Part shown: piece by piece, positions 34,712-45,968 of the stretch
How positions within the stretch are numbered: position 1 is the first letter of the stretch
Layout of the letters: every line of letters begins with the position of its first letter
IMG/VR virus record: IMGVR_UViG_3300021142_000014
Location: 1-64,000 of that record
Origin: a virus
Length of the DNA stretch: 64,000 bases
Strand: one strand, 5' to 3'
The notes under the pieces: generated by a model
The model's input: only the letters and a program-made list of their open reading frames with translations
Told to the model about the DNA's origin: nothing
The model's database searches: none
Position numbers and translations under genes: made by a program

Positions 34712-35379
34712 TATTCTTCTTCCATTGGTTCGGCTACCCATTGTTCAAATGGATGACATTTTATAGTGTAATCAAGAAATTGATGAACCCACTCACCATT
34801 AGCACCTTGAAGAATTTCTTTACGTTCTCCATTTTTACGATAGCAATTTTTGCATAATGCTTTTTTAGGTACGTAATCAGCCATTTTTATTCCTAGATAT
34901 CAAAACCATACCAATAGTCATGATAAGGGTATCAATTATCATAACCCATGAATTCATGATTTAGTTTCCCAATCTGGTTCAGCTTTGTGAGGTCCATGAG
35001 GGCTTGTGTGAACCCACTGATCATCATCACCTAATCTATCCCAATCGGTAGCATCGGAGCTATATTTTACGATTGGCATACCACAGTGTTTACATTCGGT
35101 CATTTTCTTTTTTATCCTCTGGAGTAAAATATTCTACAGCAGCTTTTATTTCTTTGCAAGTATGACTAATAAAATCAACAGCTCTATGGAAATTAACATT
35201 ACAAACGTGACAAAAATGCTTAATCGTCATTTATTACTCCAAATTTCCATATTGGATCACCGACTACAGTAACCTTACCATCAACAATATAAAAAGGTTT
35301 ACCATTGATTAGAATACCAGCCAGGTCATCTGGCCAACCCTCAGGATCAATCTCAATAGATACGCCTTCATTTTCTTCA

Positions 35380-36495
35380 TTAGACTTCTGGGTCATTGAC
35401 ATCCTCACTATCTACAGTTAATGGACGACCAAAGAATTCATCTTCGTCTACAACAGCAACGCCTGATCCTTTTTTAACAGCAGCAATAATTTCTGCTTCA
35501 AATTCTTCAGACTTACCACTAGACCAAATCTGTTCAAAGAATGCATCGCGACCTTGTGCCTTGATATCTCTCCATGTAAACCATGCACCACCTCTTTGAG
35601 CTACGCCAAGAAGAATGCCCATACGAGCAAGATCACGTCTAGTATCAATACCAGGGTGGTCTAGGAACACGTTAGGTTGGTTATAGAAGTCAGTCCAACC
35701 TTCACGAAATGGAGGGCCGTAACTGTTTTTTACTGTTTTCATAACAACAGGGAACCCAACTTGTACGTTCTCACCATTGATCTTATCAAAATATTTATCG
35801 CTACCAGGACGCAAGTAGATGCGAACTGACATTGCATGCTTAACTGCATGACCACCGGGAGTCATAGGACGGTTGTATCCATCCATGTCTGCACGTAATT
35901 GATTTAGATAGAAACAAGTTACACCATAAAGGTTTGCCAGTGGAGCAACAGTCTGAACATTACGTTTCATAACTGCAGCGTTACCACCCATTTTGTCATT
36001 CTTATCAGTCAATTGTTGCATACTATGCTTAGTGGCTGCAGCACCAATGGAATCCCATACAACTGCACAGACTTCTTTGGACTTAATCAAACTAACCATC
36101 ATGTCAGTGCCAGTCTCAGCATCTGGTGGTTGCACCACAATAAGACTTTCGTCAACCTTAAGACCAAGCTTCTCAGCCCATTCAGGATTAAAACGGTGTT
36201 CTAAGTCGATATAAGCGACCATCTTTTCACCGTTGTAGTAATCGTAACAGTCTTTCAATGCAAGAAGAGCAAAAGAACTCTTACCGCTATGTTCCTTACC
36301 GAATAGTTCAATCATCTTGCCCTCAGGCCATCCACCAACAGCAAGAAGATAAGCGAGTGCAGGAGTAAAACATGGAATAGCATTGATCTTTTCAATGTTG
36401 TTACCACGCAGAACAATAGGTTTGTTACTACCCTCAGGTGTAAATTTATTCAAATCAGCAATAAGCTTGTCGATGCCATCTCTTGTTCTAGCCAT
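35380..36495 (-). CDS. recA: RecA recombinase
   Basis: GKEHSGKS, IDLEH, WDSIGA, LNQLR, PGG.A.K. Confidence 0.95.
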   Translation of the reverse strand: MARTRDGIDKLIADLNKFTPEGSNKPIVLRGNNIEKINAIPCFTPALAYLLAVGGWPEGKMIELFGKEHSGKSSFALLALKDCYDYYNGEKMVAYIDLEHRFNPEWAEKLGLKVDESLIVVQPPDAETGTDMMVSLIKSKEVCAVVWDSIGAAATKHSMQQLTDKNDKMGGNAAVMKRNVQTVAPLANLYGVTCFYLNQLRADMDGYNRPMTPGGHAVKHAMSVRIYLRPGSDKYFDKINGENVQVGFPVVMKTVKNSYGPPFREGWTDFYNQPNVFLDHPGIDTRRDLARMGILLGVAQRGGAWFTWRDIKAQGRDAFFEQIWSSGKSEEFEAEIIAAVKKGSGVAVVDEDEFFGRPLTVDSEDVNDPEV

Positions 36496-36609
36496 AGTAA
36501 TACTCCAAGTGTCGTTGTATAAAATCTTCTACATCAATGTTATCTCTTGCAGCTTGTTTTTGCAAGGCTTCATACAAGTTCTTATCTAAATCAATCAATA
36601 ACTGTATCA

Positions 36610-37032
36610 TTATGCTCCTATCGGCCAGACGTATTCAAGATCATCTGGTACATCTGTAAAATATTGTGAATAGTGTTCTGGAAACTTACGTAGAAGATTA
36701 CTTTGATGTGATTTATGAAATTCTACGTCACCTAACCATTCTGGTTTGGTTATGCCAATAGGATAACCAGCAAGTAAATCTATGGATTTTTCAAGACATG
36801 TATCTTTATAACCACGACTAGTCCATTCATTACAAATGGCTTCTTGGTATTTAAGAAGAGTGTATTCGTGACCACGCCACATCTTTACTGCTGGGTGGTT
36901 TTGCCAACCATATCCAGGAGTGATTAATGCTTTGATTACTTGTAGGTTCTCTACACGTTGTTTGCCTAAGCGTTGACGATCAAGCACAGAAGCAGATTTA
37001 GCGAAGTCTTCATATGGTAGGAATGTTTGCAT
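36610..37032 (-). CDS. MSMEG_6728-like pyrimidine-dimer glycosylase/EndoV-fold protein
   Basis: MQTFLPY...LDRQRLGKQRVE...HPAVKMW...SHQSNLLRK...YVWP. Confidence 0.85.
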   Translation of the reverse strand: MQTFLPYEDFAKSASVLDRQRLGKQRVENLQVIKALITPGYGWQNHPAVKMWRGHEYTLLKYQEAICNEWTSRGYKDTCLEKSIDLLAGYPIGITKPEWLGDVEFHKSHQSNLLRKFPEHYSQYFTDVPDDLEYVWPIGA

Positions 37033-37328
37033 TATTTAGATTGTACAGCTTCGTATTCTTCTTCTGTGGCAAATTTAAAACAACATCCATCACAGTTATG
37101 AGTACCATCATCTACGCCATTGATAATAGAAATATCATCAGGGTCTGGGTGGCCAATGTTATGAGTGCATCTACGTTCCATAATGCCACGATCGAATCGA
37201 TAAAATTGTGGAAAACTACGCATATGGTGATTACTACGCATATGGATGGTACACACTTCTCCTAAACATTGATCTTCTTCATGCGTACGGAGGCTAATGT
37301 GACTATGCTCTAACTCATTGTATTTCAT
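37032..37328 (-). CDS. Phage Cys/His-rich hypothetical protein
   Basis: CTIH..SNHHM...ERRC.H.IGHPDPD...H.CDGCC. Confidence 0.75.
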   Translation of the reverse strand: MKYNELEHSHISLRTHEEDQCLGEVCTIHMRSNHHMRSFPQFYRFDRGIMERRCTHNIGHPDPDDISIINGVDDGTHNCDGCCFKFATEEEYEAVQSK

Positions 37329-37644
37329 ACTCTTCTTCCCCTAGTGTTTCATAAATCATAGTAGCTACTGCTTGCAAAACAAAATCATCAGGTGACAACC
37401 CTGACTTTCTAAGAGCTTTACCATAACGGATCAAAGCTACTGGACCTAATTTGAGGTTTGTATTGATAACGATTTCATTCATTCTTTTTCGTCTGCTTCT
37501 TCCCATTGTGTATTCAAATTCTTATTACTAGGACAGCGATGAGTTACCTCACGAGCTAGTGCTTGAATAACTTGCTTACATTTTGGGCAACGCCATGATT
37601 TTAATTGTGTCATTGTGTTTCCTTTCTTACTTAATTCAAAGATA

Positions 37645-40600
37645 TCATGCTGACTTTAATAAGTCAAGACGAAATAAATTCTTAAGGCTTAGGCCATCTT
37701 TGAGCTTTTCTACTTCCACCAAGACCGGCGTACCGATTTCAAGGCTTTCTTTGATCCTTGCGTAGGTGCTTGGGAAGGCCACGATTTGAATGCTTTCATC
37801 TTTCGGAGAGCTCTCTTCATCTTCCTCTTCAAGTAATCCATCCTCATCAAAATTATTAATAGGTAATTCTATCCATACTTGGCACATTTCTGCACCAGGA
37901 CTTTTGCCCTTCTTGGTTATTAATAGCTTAACCTGGGTTACCATGCCACCAATCATAGCCTTTTCGCCTTGGAACATACGTTTTTCACCAGGAAAGTTCT
38001 GTTCTTCTTCAATCAGATTAATATAATCAGCAAGAGGATCAATGCTAACCATTGTACCCAAGAGTTCCTGCTCATGGTGACCTCTGGCATTAATGTTTTC
38101 CTCATTCTCAGCGTAACATTCAAAAGTGCTAAGGCGACCAGCACAATGGATACAAGCCTCATTGCAATTATCATCTAATTTTTTGAACTCTTTCCTTGTC
38201 TTTAGGTATTCATATAGTGCTTGCTTAGTACTACCACATAAGCTATCAAATACACCACATTTAATCATTGATATTACGGCACGCTTATTGACTTTTCTAG
38301 TTGGTACACGTGCAAGGAAATCTTCCATGCTTTTATATGGCCCTAGCTTCTGAAGTTCTTCTGCAGCATTGGCAACATATTTAACACTGCTAAGCCCATA
38401 ACGGATTACACCAGCAGATGTAAGTGTAAAGTTGCCTTCACTTTCGTTAATGTCTGGACCAAGTACTTGAATACCCAATCTACGTGCTTCTCTAGTGTAA
38501 ATCACACTATCTGAAGGATTAGTGCGGAAAAGAGCAGTCATATATTCACGTGGATAATAGTATTTCATCCATGCAGTCCAGTAAGAAAGCATACTGTAGC
38601 CGTATCCGTGACTTTTGTTAAAACCATACATACCAAATGCACGCATGTCATCAAAAATAGATTCTGCAGTTCTTTTATCAATACCACTTTCAATACATTT
38701 CTGCACAAAAGTTTCTGCTTCTTCTTTCATATCCTCATAGTTAGACTTAGCAACAGCTTTACGAACACGATCAGTTTCAACAATTGTATAACCTGCTAAT
38801 TCTACGCAAGTCTCCATAATTTGTTCCTGGTAAACAAAACTACCATAAGAAACACCAAGGATCTTTTCAAGCTTTGGGTGTTTGTAAGTAACCTTACGTT
38901 TACCCTCACGCTTTTGCATATACATCTCAAGCAAGTTAAGACCAGTCTCTGCATCAAATGAACGTGTAATACCTGGGCGATAGATGGCAATCATTGTGCA
39001 TAAGTCTTCGATGCTACGTGGCAAGAAACGCTTTACAAGAGACCTAAGGCTACCTGTTTCAATCTGGAATAGACCAATGTTATTACCTGTGCCGACACTA
39101 TCCCATACTGCAGGGTCATCGTAGTACTTTTCCCATTCATGATTCCAATCATAAAAATGTTTAAACGGGAGTACACCATCGTTATTAGTCTTGATTAATT
39201 CCAATGCAGCCATCAAAGTACTTAGAGTGCGAAGTCCAAGCAAGTCGATCTTTACAAAACCAAGCTCATCGACTTCATTCATATCAAATTGTGTACGAAT
39301 ATCATCATTCTGTGGACTGTAACGCAATGGCATTGCACCAAGTAGAGTCTCTTTGCTAATCAAAATACCAGCAGCGTGCGCACTGGTGTGGCGAATGTGA
39401 TTAACGAACTCAGGCAAGTTATCAAATAGCTTAGAATACTTAGTTCTCCACGGTGAATACTCTTTAGCATATTGCTTCTCAACATCTTCCCATGTAGCAC
39501 CACGGTTCTTGATGTTCCAGTCATCATCGATGATATCAATCATTTTCTGAGTATCATCCTTATTAATATCAAGACCACGACAAATATCACGGAGTGCCTG
39601 TTTCGGACCCAGTGTATTTAAAGTTCCAATGCTTGCAATATTATTCCTACCGTACTTATTTTCTAGGTACTCACGAACAAGATGACGTTCATTCTTTGGC
39701 ATGTCAATATCAATATCGGGCATGCTTACACGTTCAGGATTAAGGAAACGTTCAAAAATAAGACCAGATGGCATTGGGTCTACGGTAGTAATGCCCATAA
39801 CGTAAGCAAGAAGAGAACCACCAACTGACCCGCGACTAGGACCAACGAGGAAACCATTCTTTTTACTCCAATCAATAATGTCATGCACTGTTAAGAAATA
39901 ACCTGGGAAGCCACGTGTAACAATAACTTCAAGTTCATACTCCATGCGTTCACGGTACTTAGGAATTAATTCTTCGTCTACGTGACCAACAATTTTGTTG
40001 GCAAAACCTTCTTCGATAACTTCACGAATCTTACGTTCATCCATAGCAGAAGATGAATAGAATACAGGCATCTTACGAGAACCTGGGACACGAGCATCAC
40101 ACATCTGTGCTATCTCATTAGTACGGTTGATAGCTTGATCAACCAATGATTCTGGCAAGTAACTCAAACGACTTCGGGTTTCTTCTTCAGAAAAAATACA
40201 TAGCTGGTTTGGACCATAAGAGAAACGGTTAGGGTCGTTGATAGTCTTACCCATTTGAATTGCAGTCATTAGTTCGTGAGCAAACCATTGCTCAGGCTCA
40301 GCATAATGAGAGTCACTAACAGCCAAGAGAGGAACACTAAAGTCCACTGCCGCTTCAGCTACACGTAGGTTCCATTCATTACTTTCAGGGTCAAGATATG
40401 TATGTAGTTCCAAGTGAAAACGATCACCAAAGATTGCTTGGTATCTACCAATGCGTTCAACAGCTTTCTCATAGTGTTCACCATCTTTAAGGTGCTTACC
40501 AATGCAACCACCCATACAACCACCAGTAACAACAAGGCCTTCGTTATATCGTTCTAGCAATTCCCAATCGAATCGTGGATTACCGTAATAACTACCTTCG

Positions 40601-40932
40601 ATATAAGCGAGACTGCTCAAAGCCCACAAGTTTTCTAGACCTTTGTTGTTAAGAGCAATGATGGTCATGTGGTCATAATTTTCACCTTTGCGACCACTTT
40701 TCTCAAAACGATCTTCAGTAAAGTATCCTTCCATACCAAAGAGAGGTTTGATGCCTGCTTTATCTGCAGCACGTTGAAGCCTAAGATGGCCACCACATTC
40801 GCCATGATCAGTGATAGCAACGGATTCTTGTCCAAGCTCTACTACTCGATTTACTACTTGGTCAATAGTTGAAAGACCATCCAAAAAACTGTACTCACTG
40901 TGCGTGTGAAGGTGCACTAACCGATCTGTCAT
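37645..40932 (-). CDS. dnaE: DNA polymerase III alpha subunit
   Basis: PHP HLHTHSEYSFLDG, SRGS, PDIDID, KIDLLGL, FNKSH; no intein seen. Confidence 0.97.
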   Translation of the reverse strand: MTDRLVHLHTHSEYSFLDGLSTIDQVVNRVVELGQESVAITDHGECGGHLRLQRAADKAGIKPLFGMEGYFTEDRFEKSGRKGENYDHMTIIALNNKGLENLWALSSLAYIEGSYYGNPRFDWELLERYNEGLVVTGGCMGGCIGKHLKDGEHYEKAVERIGRYQAIFGDRFHLELHTYLDPESNEWNLRVAEAAVDFSVPLLAVSDSHYAEPEQWFAHELMTAIQMGKTINDPNRFSYGPNQLCIFSEEETRSRLSYLPESLVDQAINRTNEIAQMCDARVPGSRKMPVFYSSSAMDERKIREVIEEGFANKIVGHVDEELIPKYRERMEYELEVIVTRGFPGYFLTVHDIIDWSKKNGFLVGPSRGSVGGSLLAYVMGITTVDPMPSGLIFERFLNPERVSMPDIDIDMPKNERHLVREYLENKYGRNNIASIGTLNTLGPKQALRDICRGLDINKDDTQKMIDIIDDDWNIKNRGATWEDVEKQYAKEYSPWRTKYSKLFDNLPEFVNHIRHTSAHAAGILISKETLLGAMPLRYSPQNDDIRTQFDMNEVDELGFVKIDLLGLRTLSTLMAALELIKTNNDGVLPFKHFYDWNHEWEKYYDDPAVWDSVGTGNNIGLFQIETGSLRSLVKRFLPRSIEDLCTMIAIYRPGITRSFDAETGLNLLEMYMQKREGKRKVTYKHPKLEKILGVSYGSFVYQEQIMETCVELAGYTIVETDRVRKAVAKSNYEDMKEEAETFVQKCIESGIDKRTAESIFDDMRAFGMYGFNKSHGYGYSMLSYWTAWMKYYYPREYMTALFRTNPSDSVIYTREARRLGIQVLGPDINESEGNFTLTSAGVIRYGLSSVKYVANAAEELQKLGPYKSMEDFLARVPTRKVNKRAVISMIKCGVFDSLCGSTKQALYEYLKTRKEFKKLDDNCNEACIHCAGRLSTFECYAENEENINARGHHEQELLGTMVSIDPLADYINLIEEEQNFPGEKRMFQGEKAMIGGMVTQVKLLITKKGKSPGAEMCQVWIELPINNFDEDGLLEEEDEESSPKDESIQIVAFPSTYARIKESLEIGTPVLVEVEKLKDGLSLKNLFRLDLLKSA

Positions 40933-41300
40933 TGCTATTCTTTTCTACTAATTGTTTTTCTACTCTATCAATATATTTGGGACTAGTTACAAGATATTCC
41001 CTAGATTTATCGTTTGGCAAACATTGATAAATTATTGTGACTAACTTTTTACGTTTACGTGGCAAACGTTTAGCACCAACTATGTGTATGTGTTTACCAT
41101 CATACATGGTTACCCACTCAGTGTTCATGCATATAACCACTTTAGAAAGAAAACTATTAGAGTAAAAATCCCTAAAAATATAACCAAGTAGAATGGTAAA
41201 AAGACAATGTATTTCCAATCATCTTTATTTTTGGCACCCATAGCACCAATGCCTAGGTAAGCTAGAATAGGTACAAGTATTTGAAGAAACAACTTCATGA

Positions 41301-41591
41301 TTACTCTTCTACGATAGCTAGAATGTGATCCGTAAGGAACACAAGATATTCTTCTTCATCGAGTTCAACTTTTTGAGCAGCTCGACGTTCAAATATTACT
41401 TTATCTCCAGCTTTAATTCCAGTTGGGATGATAGATCCATCCATGGCAATTCTTCCTGGTCCAATAGATACAACAACACCAGTTTCAGGCATAGCAGTAG
41501 CAGTATCCGGAATGTAAAGACCACTCTCGGTGGTTTCTTCTACTGCAGCGATCTTAATAATTACTTTGTTTTCGAGTGCATTGAATGGCAT
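41301..41591 (-). CDS. groES: Co-chaperonin GroES
   Basis: TTESGLYIPD, GVVVSIGPG, GDKVIF, ILAIVE. Confidence 0.92.
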   Translation of the reverse strand: MPFNALENKVIIKIAAVEETTESGLYIPDTATAMPETGVVVSIGPGRIAMDGSIIPTGIKAGDKVIFERRAAQKVELDEEEYLVFLTDHILAIVEE

Positions 41592-41753
41592 TCTATTCTT
41601 TCTTATTACGTTAGTAGTTATCTGAGTACCCAGTGGAGCAATGAATCGTGTCGGGTTAACCCACTACTCCACTGAGTCTTCAGAATATTTGATTCCTTGA
41701 TAAGTTCCATCAAGATGGAGGTGACTAATCCTCCCTCATCAAGGGTCAAACCT

Positions 41754-42569
41754 TTAGTTAGCTGCTAGCTTCTTACGAAGTCGTTCAGCTGTTGTCTCTT
41801 CATCGATAGCGACATACTCATCTTCACCATACTCTTCTTCTTCCGCAACAGGTGCAGCAGCAGGAGTAGGAGTGTCAGAAGCCTTAGGTGCTTCTTTTTC
41901 CTTGATGATTCCGTGTAGTTGAGCATCGTAGTACTCTTGGCTACCAATACGGTTGAGGAATGCTTCTACATCTGGCATGAACTTAGCATACCGAGTGTCG
42001 ATGTTCTCAATTGCCTTTTCAGGAAGAGCGAATGCCATGTATGTGGTGTCAGTTCCAGCACCTTGACGCAAGATCTCAATCTCACGGTCACGGAGTGAAC
42101 CATACTTCTCAGCGATAACCGCAATCTGATTCCAGTAGTTGCGCATACCCTGTGAAACAATGCCGACATACGGCTTCTTCTTAGTTACAGTCTTACCGTC
42201 AACAGTCTCACTGTATTCAGAAGTAACATCACGGTATCCAGTAATCTTACCGTCTTCACGTACTTCTTCACGGAGCACTGCTACGCCATAACCAACATCA
42301 CGACGGTATACCTTGTTCTGACAAAGCTCACATGAAGCATCGAATGCAGAACGGCATACAAACGTCTTCTTCTTACCATCATGGGTAGGAACATTATCGT
42401 GCACTGGAACAACAAAGATGTCATTCGAGTCAGTTAAAAATCGGAGAACTTTGCTCTCTCCACCCTGCCAGTAGAACCAGTTGGTCTGTTCATACGTCTT
42501 AGGGCCACTACTTTTCTGCGAACGTTCAAGGCTTTCACGTACTGCAGACATACCTTTTTTCAATGCCAT
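41754..42569 (-). CDS. Single-stranded DNA-binding protein (phage gp32-like)
   Basis: LRFL...H...C...CELC, R.GAGTDT.Y, acidic tail; within the replication cluster. Confidence 0.7.
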   Translation of the reverse strand: MALKKGMSAVRESLERSQKSSGPKTYEQTNWFYWQGGESKVLRFLTDSNDIFVVPVHDNVPTHDGKKKTFVCRSAFDASCELCQNKVYRRDVGYGVAVLREEVREDGKITGYRDVTSEYSETVDGKTVTKKKPYVGIVSQGMRNYWNQIAVIAEKYGSLRDREIEILRQGAGTDTTYMAFALPEKAIENIDTRYAKFMPDVEAFLNRIGSQEYYDAQLHGIIKEKEAPKASDTPTPAAAPVAEEEEYGEDEYVAIDEETTAERLRKKLAAN

Positions 42570-42751
42570 TTTATTTACCTATTTTCTATAATTGTTATAT
42601 CGTCACGTTGACGCTTGTACTACGGTACCACATGTCTCCACCATAAATCAAATTACTTAAAAAATTCTTCTAGCCCAAGCATAAAACCAATAAGCCAATA
42701 TCATATCAAAGACATGACCGTTAAGCCAATGATGAATGCTACCTAAAAAAC

Positions 42752-43759
42752 TCATGCTACTCCTTGATGTGTTAATTGCCATTCCATCGAGTTCATCGTA
42801 CTAGGAATCTCCAACAATGTAGCAGGATCCTCGTCATCCGGTGTTTCGATAACTGCAATCTTAGTATACAACTTCAATTGCTCCACTAGATTATACGTTG
42901 CATTCCTTCCAGGCAAGTCGCCATCCATAAAGATAGTTACCTTAGAGAAGTTACGCAGTAACCCAATCTGTTGAGCATCTACTTTTGCGCCGAAGGTCGC
43001 CACGACATTGTCAATCCCTCTACTCTTCAACACAAGGACGCTCATCGGGCTCTCTACAACATAGACTTTGTCAAACGCCTTGGCGTTATCTAAGTTATAC
43101 AACCAAGCTCCTCGTGGGAAGCCTTTAGAGTTCCTATACTTTGGCACTCCTGGCACATCTTGGATCTTTCTAGCGACCCATCCGACCAACTTACCCTTCA
43201 TAAAGTGGGGCAGTACGACCCTATCCAGGGTCACATTTACGTCCCCTTCTGGGGATTTAGAAATTTCGGTCCTTCCCCTCTCCACACCCGTGCGCATCGC
43301 CCTCTGAACGGCCTCTGAGACCCCTCTAACGGTCAAATACTCACAGGGACCTTCCCACCTTTTAAGCAGGTTATCGCTATAAACTGGGATCTCTGTACGG
43401 TCCTGGGGACTGTTGTCAAATACCCCTTCAAGACGTTTAATAAAGTCCTCAACCGATACAACCTTAAGCTCTGCTACCTCATTCTTGAGGACAGCAATAG
43501 CCTCCTCTTTGGTGACATTCATACAGTTCTGGACTAGCCAGATTATGCTACCCCCGCCACAGGTAAAACAGTTAAAAAGGAAAGTATCTTTGTTTATGCT
43601 GGCACTTGGGTTACGATCACCGTTTTTGTGCATGCCAAAAGGCAACGGGCAAGAATGGATAAATTCATCACCATTCTCAATCAATTCTCCTACCCCAATA
43701 ATATCTTGAAGCACCACCCTAACATCAAGACCAGGGAACAAATCAGATAATGGTGTCAT
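42752..43759 (-). CDS. dnaG: DNA primase (Zn finger + TOPRIM)
   Basis: CP...H...PS...FNCFTCG; VVESPMS; MDGD. Confidence 0.9.
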   Translation of the reverse strand: MTPLSDLFPGLDVRVVLQDIIGVGELIENGDEFIHSCPLPFGMHKNGDRNPSASINKDTFLFNCFTCGGGSIIWLVQNCMNVTKEEAIAVLKNEVAELKVVSVEDFIKRLEGVFDNSPQDRTEIPVYSDNLLKRWEGPCEYLTVRGVSEAVQRAMRTGVERGRTEISKSPEGDVNVTLDRVVLPHFMKGKLVGWVARKIQDVPGVPKYRNSKGFPRGAWLYNLDNAKAFDKVYVVESPMSVLVLKSRGIDNVVATFGAKVDAQQIGLLRNFSKVTIFMDGDLPGRNATYNLVEQLKLYTKIAVIETPDDEDPATLLEIPSTMNSMEWQLTHQGVA

Positions 43760-43872
43760 TCTTTAACTTTTCCAAAAAGTCTTTGTTTTCTTTTTTAACC
43801 TTTTCTAGAAAGGCTCGGTCTTCTGGGTTTAAATCTCTAAGGGCGTCTTGGCCCATTTCTTTAGGAGTTCTC

Positions 43873-45153
43873 TCAATCATTGTTATCCTCATATTCACGA
43901 ACAACTTGAAGTGACGTACGATCTTTAAGTTCAAAACCCATCATCCATGACTTAAGGTCACTGCGACGACTCTTAAGAATATCCATCACCAATGCCTCTT
44001 GTTGCTTCATTTCCTTGGTAGCACCAATGCCGATAGCCATGTCTACAATCTGTTCGATCTGTGAACTAAGTCCAATGTTAGCTAGCCCACCACGACCCTT
44101 CTTATTTTTCATAGCTTCACGGTTGAACTGAGCAAGCCATACAGAGGCCATACCCATCTCTCGGTTGGTAGATGCAACATCAGTAATCACTTCAGACATT
44201 TGTAGAGTCTGGAAGTTGCTTGCTTGGCCGTAACTTTTCTCAGTGCTAATCCATGACAACTGGTCACCGACAATCATGTCTGCTCCCCAATGCTTAGCCT
44301 TAGAGTAAAGTTCCATAACGCTTCGCTCGCTCTTACGGCTAGGAGAGTCGATGAGTAGATACTCACCAAACTCCATAACCTCTTCACGAGCTTCTTTAAG
44401 ACGCTTCAACTCATTAGGTGTTAGCTGACCACGCTCATAACGAGCATACGGCACACCGCTAACAAGACAGTCAAGACGCATCAAGGTTAGTTCTTTACGA
44501 AGTTCTAACGATGCAAAATAAACCTTGTTCTTACGGCGTGCTGCTTCAAGAGCAATAACGGAACCTACCCATGACTTACCAACGTTAGGGATACCTACGA
44601 CAACCGCAAGCTCACCTTTCTGAATTCCATACATGTGATCATTCAATGCATCCCAGCCAAGATAGATGCCCTTCTTATCTTTTGTTGGGTTAGATACTTC
44701 ATCCATGTAATCATTCACACGACGTTCGTAACCATCACCGTAGATTTCAATACGCTCACGTGTACTGGTATCACTCTGAATCTTTGTAAGGCTACTTAGT
44801 GCCATGGAGATACCAACCTCTGGGTCATCTTCCAAAGCATTGGCAGCTTTTAGCAAAGCACTCTGAGTAGATGCTTTACGATATTTAGTTATCAACTCTT
44901 CAATAAGAACGCCTACTAGGTATTCTTCTTCAGGCCACTCATTACGAGCAAAATAATCTTCAAACTTAGTTTCAAGGAAATCACGATCTACAGTTTGTTT
45001 GAACTCACTGCGAATGTAATAATCCACACTATATTCAAACAACTCACGTACACCATCATCAAAGAAGTGCTCACTACGAATTCCTTTCGCCCATATATCA
45101 TCAAAACTTTCTAGCTTGACAAAATGGCGAACCATACTCTTTTCAATATCCAT
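43873..45153 (-). CDS. dnaB: Replicative DNA helicase
   Basis: GIPNVGKS, SLEL, DQLS, AQFNR, IEQIVD. Confidence 0.9.
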   Translation of the reverse strand: MDIEKSMVRHFVKLESFDDIWAKGIRSEHFFDDGVRELFEYSVDYYIRSEFKQTVDRDFLETKFEDYFARNEWPEEEYLVGVLIEELITKYRKASTQSALLKAANALEDDPEVGISMALSSLTKIQSDTSTRERIEIYGDGYERRVNDYMDEVSNPTKDKKGIYLGWDALNDHMYGIQKGELAVVVGIPNVGKSWVGSVIALEAARRKNKVYFASLELRKELTLMRLDCLVSGVPYARYERGQLTPNELKRLKEAREEVMEFGEYLLIDSPSRKSERSVMELYSKAKHWGADMIVGDQLSWISTEKSYGQASNFQTLQMSEVITDVASTNREMGMASVWLAQFNREAMKNKKGRGGLANIGLSSQIEQIVDMAIGIGATKEMKQQEALVMDILKSRRSDLKSWMMGFELKDRTSLQVVREYEDNND

Positions 45154-45167
45154 CTTCTTACTTTCTA

Positions 45168-45968
45168 TTAAATAATCTTACGTACTGTACCATTCTTGAT
45201 TTCATCAAGAGTTCTGTTCCTTGCATACTCACGATAGTCGACACCATCCATGTTATGTACAATCATTCTTTCTTTTAGGAGAGAAAAAATAGCACTACCG
45301 TATCCTTCATTCAATTCTTCAATTGTCATGTTCGTAGTAATAAATGTAGGGCGGTTGTCGAGCGCACGCTGACGCAATACATGGTCAAACGTTGCTTCAC
45401 TTAGGTTGTTCTTTGTTCGGAACTCTTTGCCAATGTCATCCAAGAAGAATACATCGCTTTTAACTACCTTAGATTCAAAACGAGCTTTTTCTTCGTTGCT
45501 ACCCCATCCTCTGGTGAACTCATCAACCATTTGTGTAAAAGTAGCAAAGTAAACAGTATAACCAAGCTTTACAAGCTCTTTGGCCATAAGGCTTGTAAGA
45601 AGTGTTTTACCTGTACCCCATGTTCCGTGGTACATCAAACCCATTCCACCTTTAACAAAGTCCTTATGTTGACTTAGATAAATCTGTGCAAGCTCTAAAC
45701 CTTTGTGATCACCGTTGAAATCTTGCCAATCAAGTCGTTGATAATTGAGCCCAATGCCAGCACGTAGATAGTGTTTGTACAATTGCAATTGAACTTTGCA
45801 ATCACCACAAGTTCTATCTTCGCATGTAGGACAACCGTTTTTATTGAACGTCTCAAACTGGGGATGCTTGAGTTCTAGGTACTCAATCTCTTCATCATCT
45901 AGAAAATCATATTTTAGATTGACGTAATCTTTTTGCCAATCAAACAGCGAATCGTTTAAAGAAGTCAT
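45168..45968 (-). CDS. DnaC/IstB-like helicase loader ATPase
   Basis: GTWGTGKT, LDDIGKE, ITTN. Confidence 0.88.
   Translation of the reverse strand: MTSLNDSLFDWQKDYVNLKYDFLDDEEIEYLELKHPQFETFNKNGCPTCEDRTCGDCKVQLQLYKHYLRAGIGLNYQRLDWQDFNGDHKGLELAQIYLSQHKDFVKGGMGLMYHGTWGTGKTLLTSLMAKELVKLGYTVYFATFTQMVDEFTRGWGSNEEKARFESKVVKSDVFFLDDIGKEFRTKNNLSEATFDHVLRQRALDNRPTFITTNMTIEELNEGYGSAIFSLLKERMIVHNMDGVDYREYARNRTLDEIKNGTVRKII

Noticed and set aside
37645-40932. Inteins or introns in dnaE, terL, dnaB or recA
   Set aside because: Lengths are normal and no intein splice or LAGLIDADG motifs were seen.
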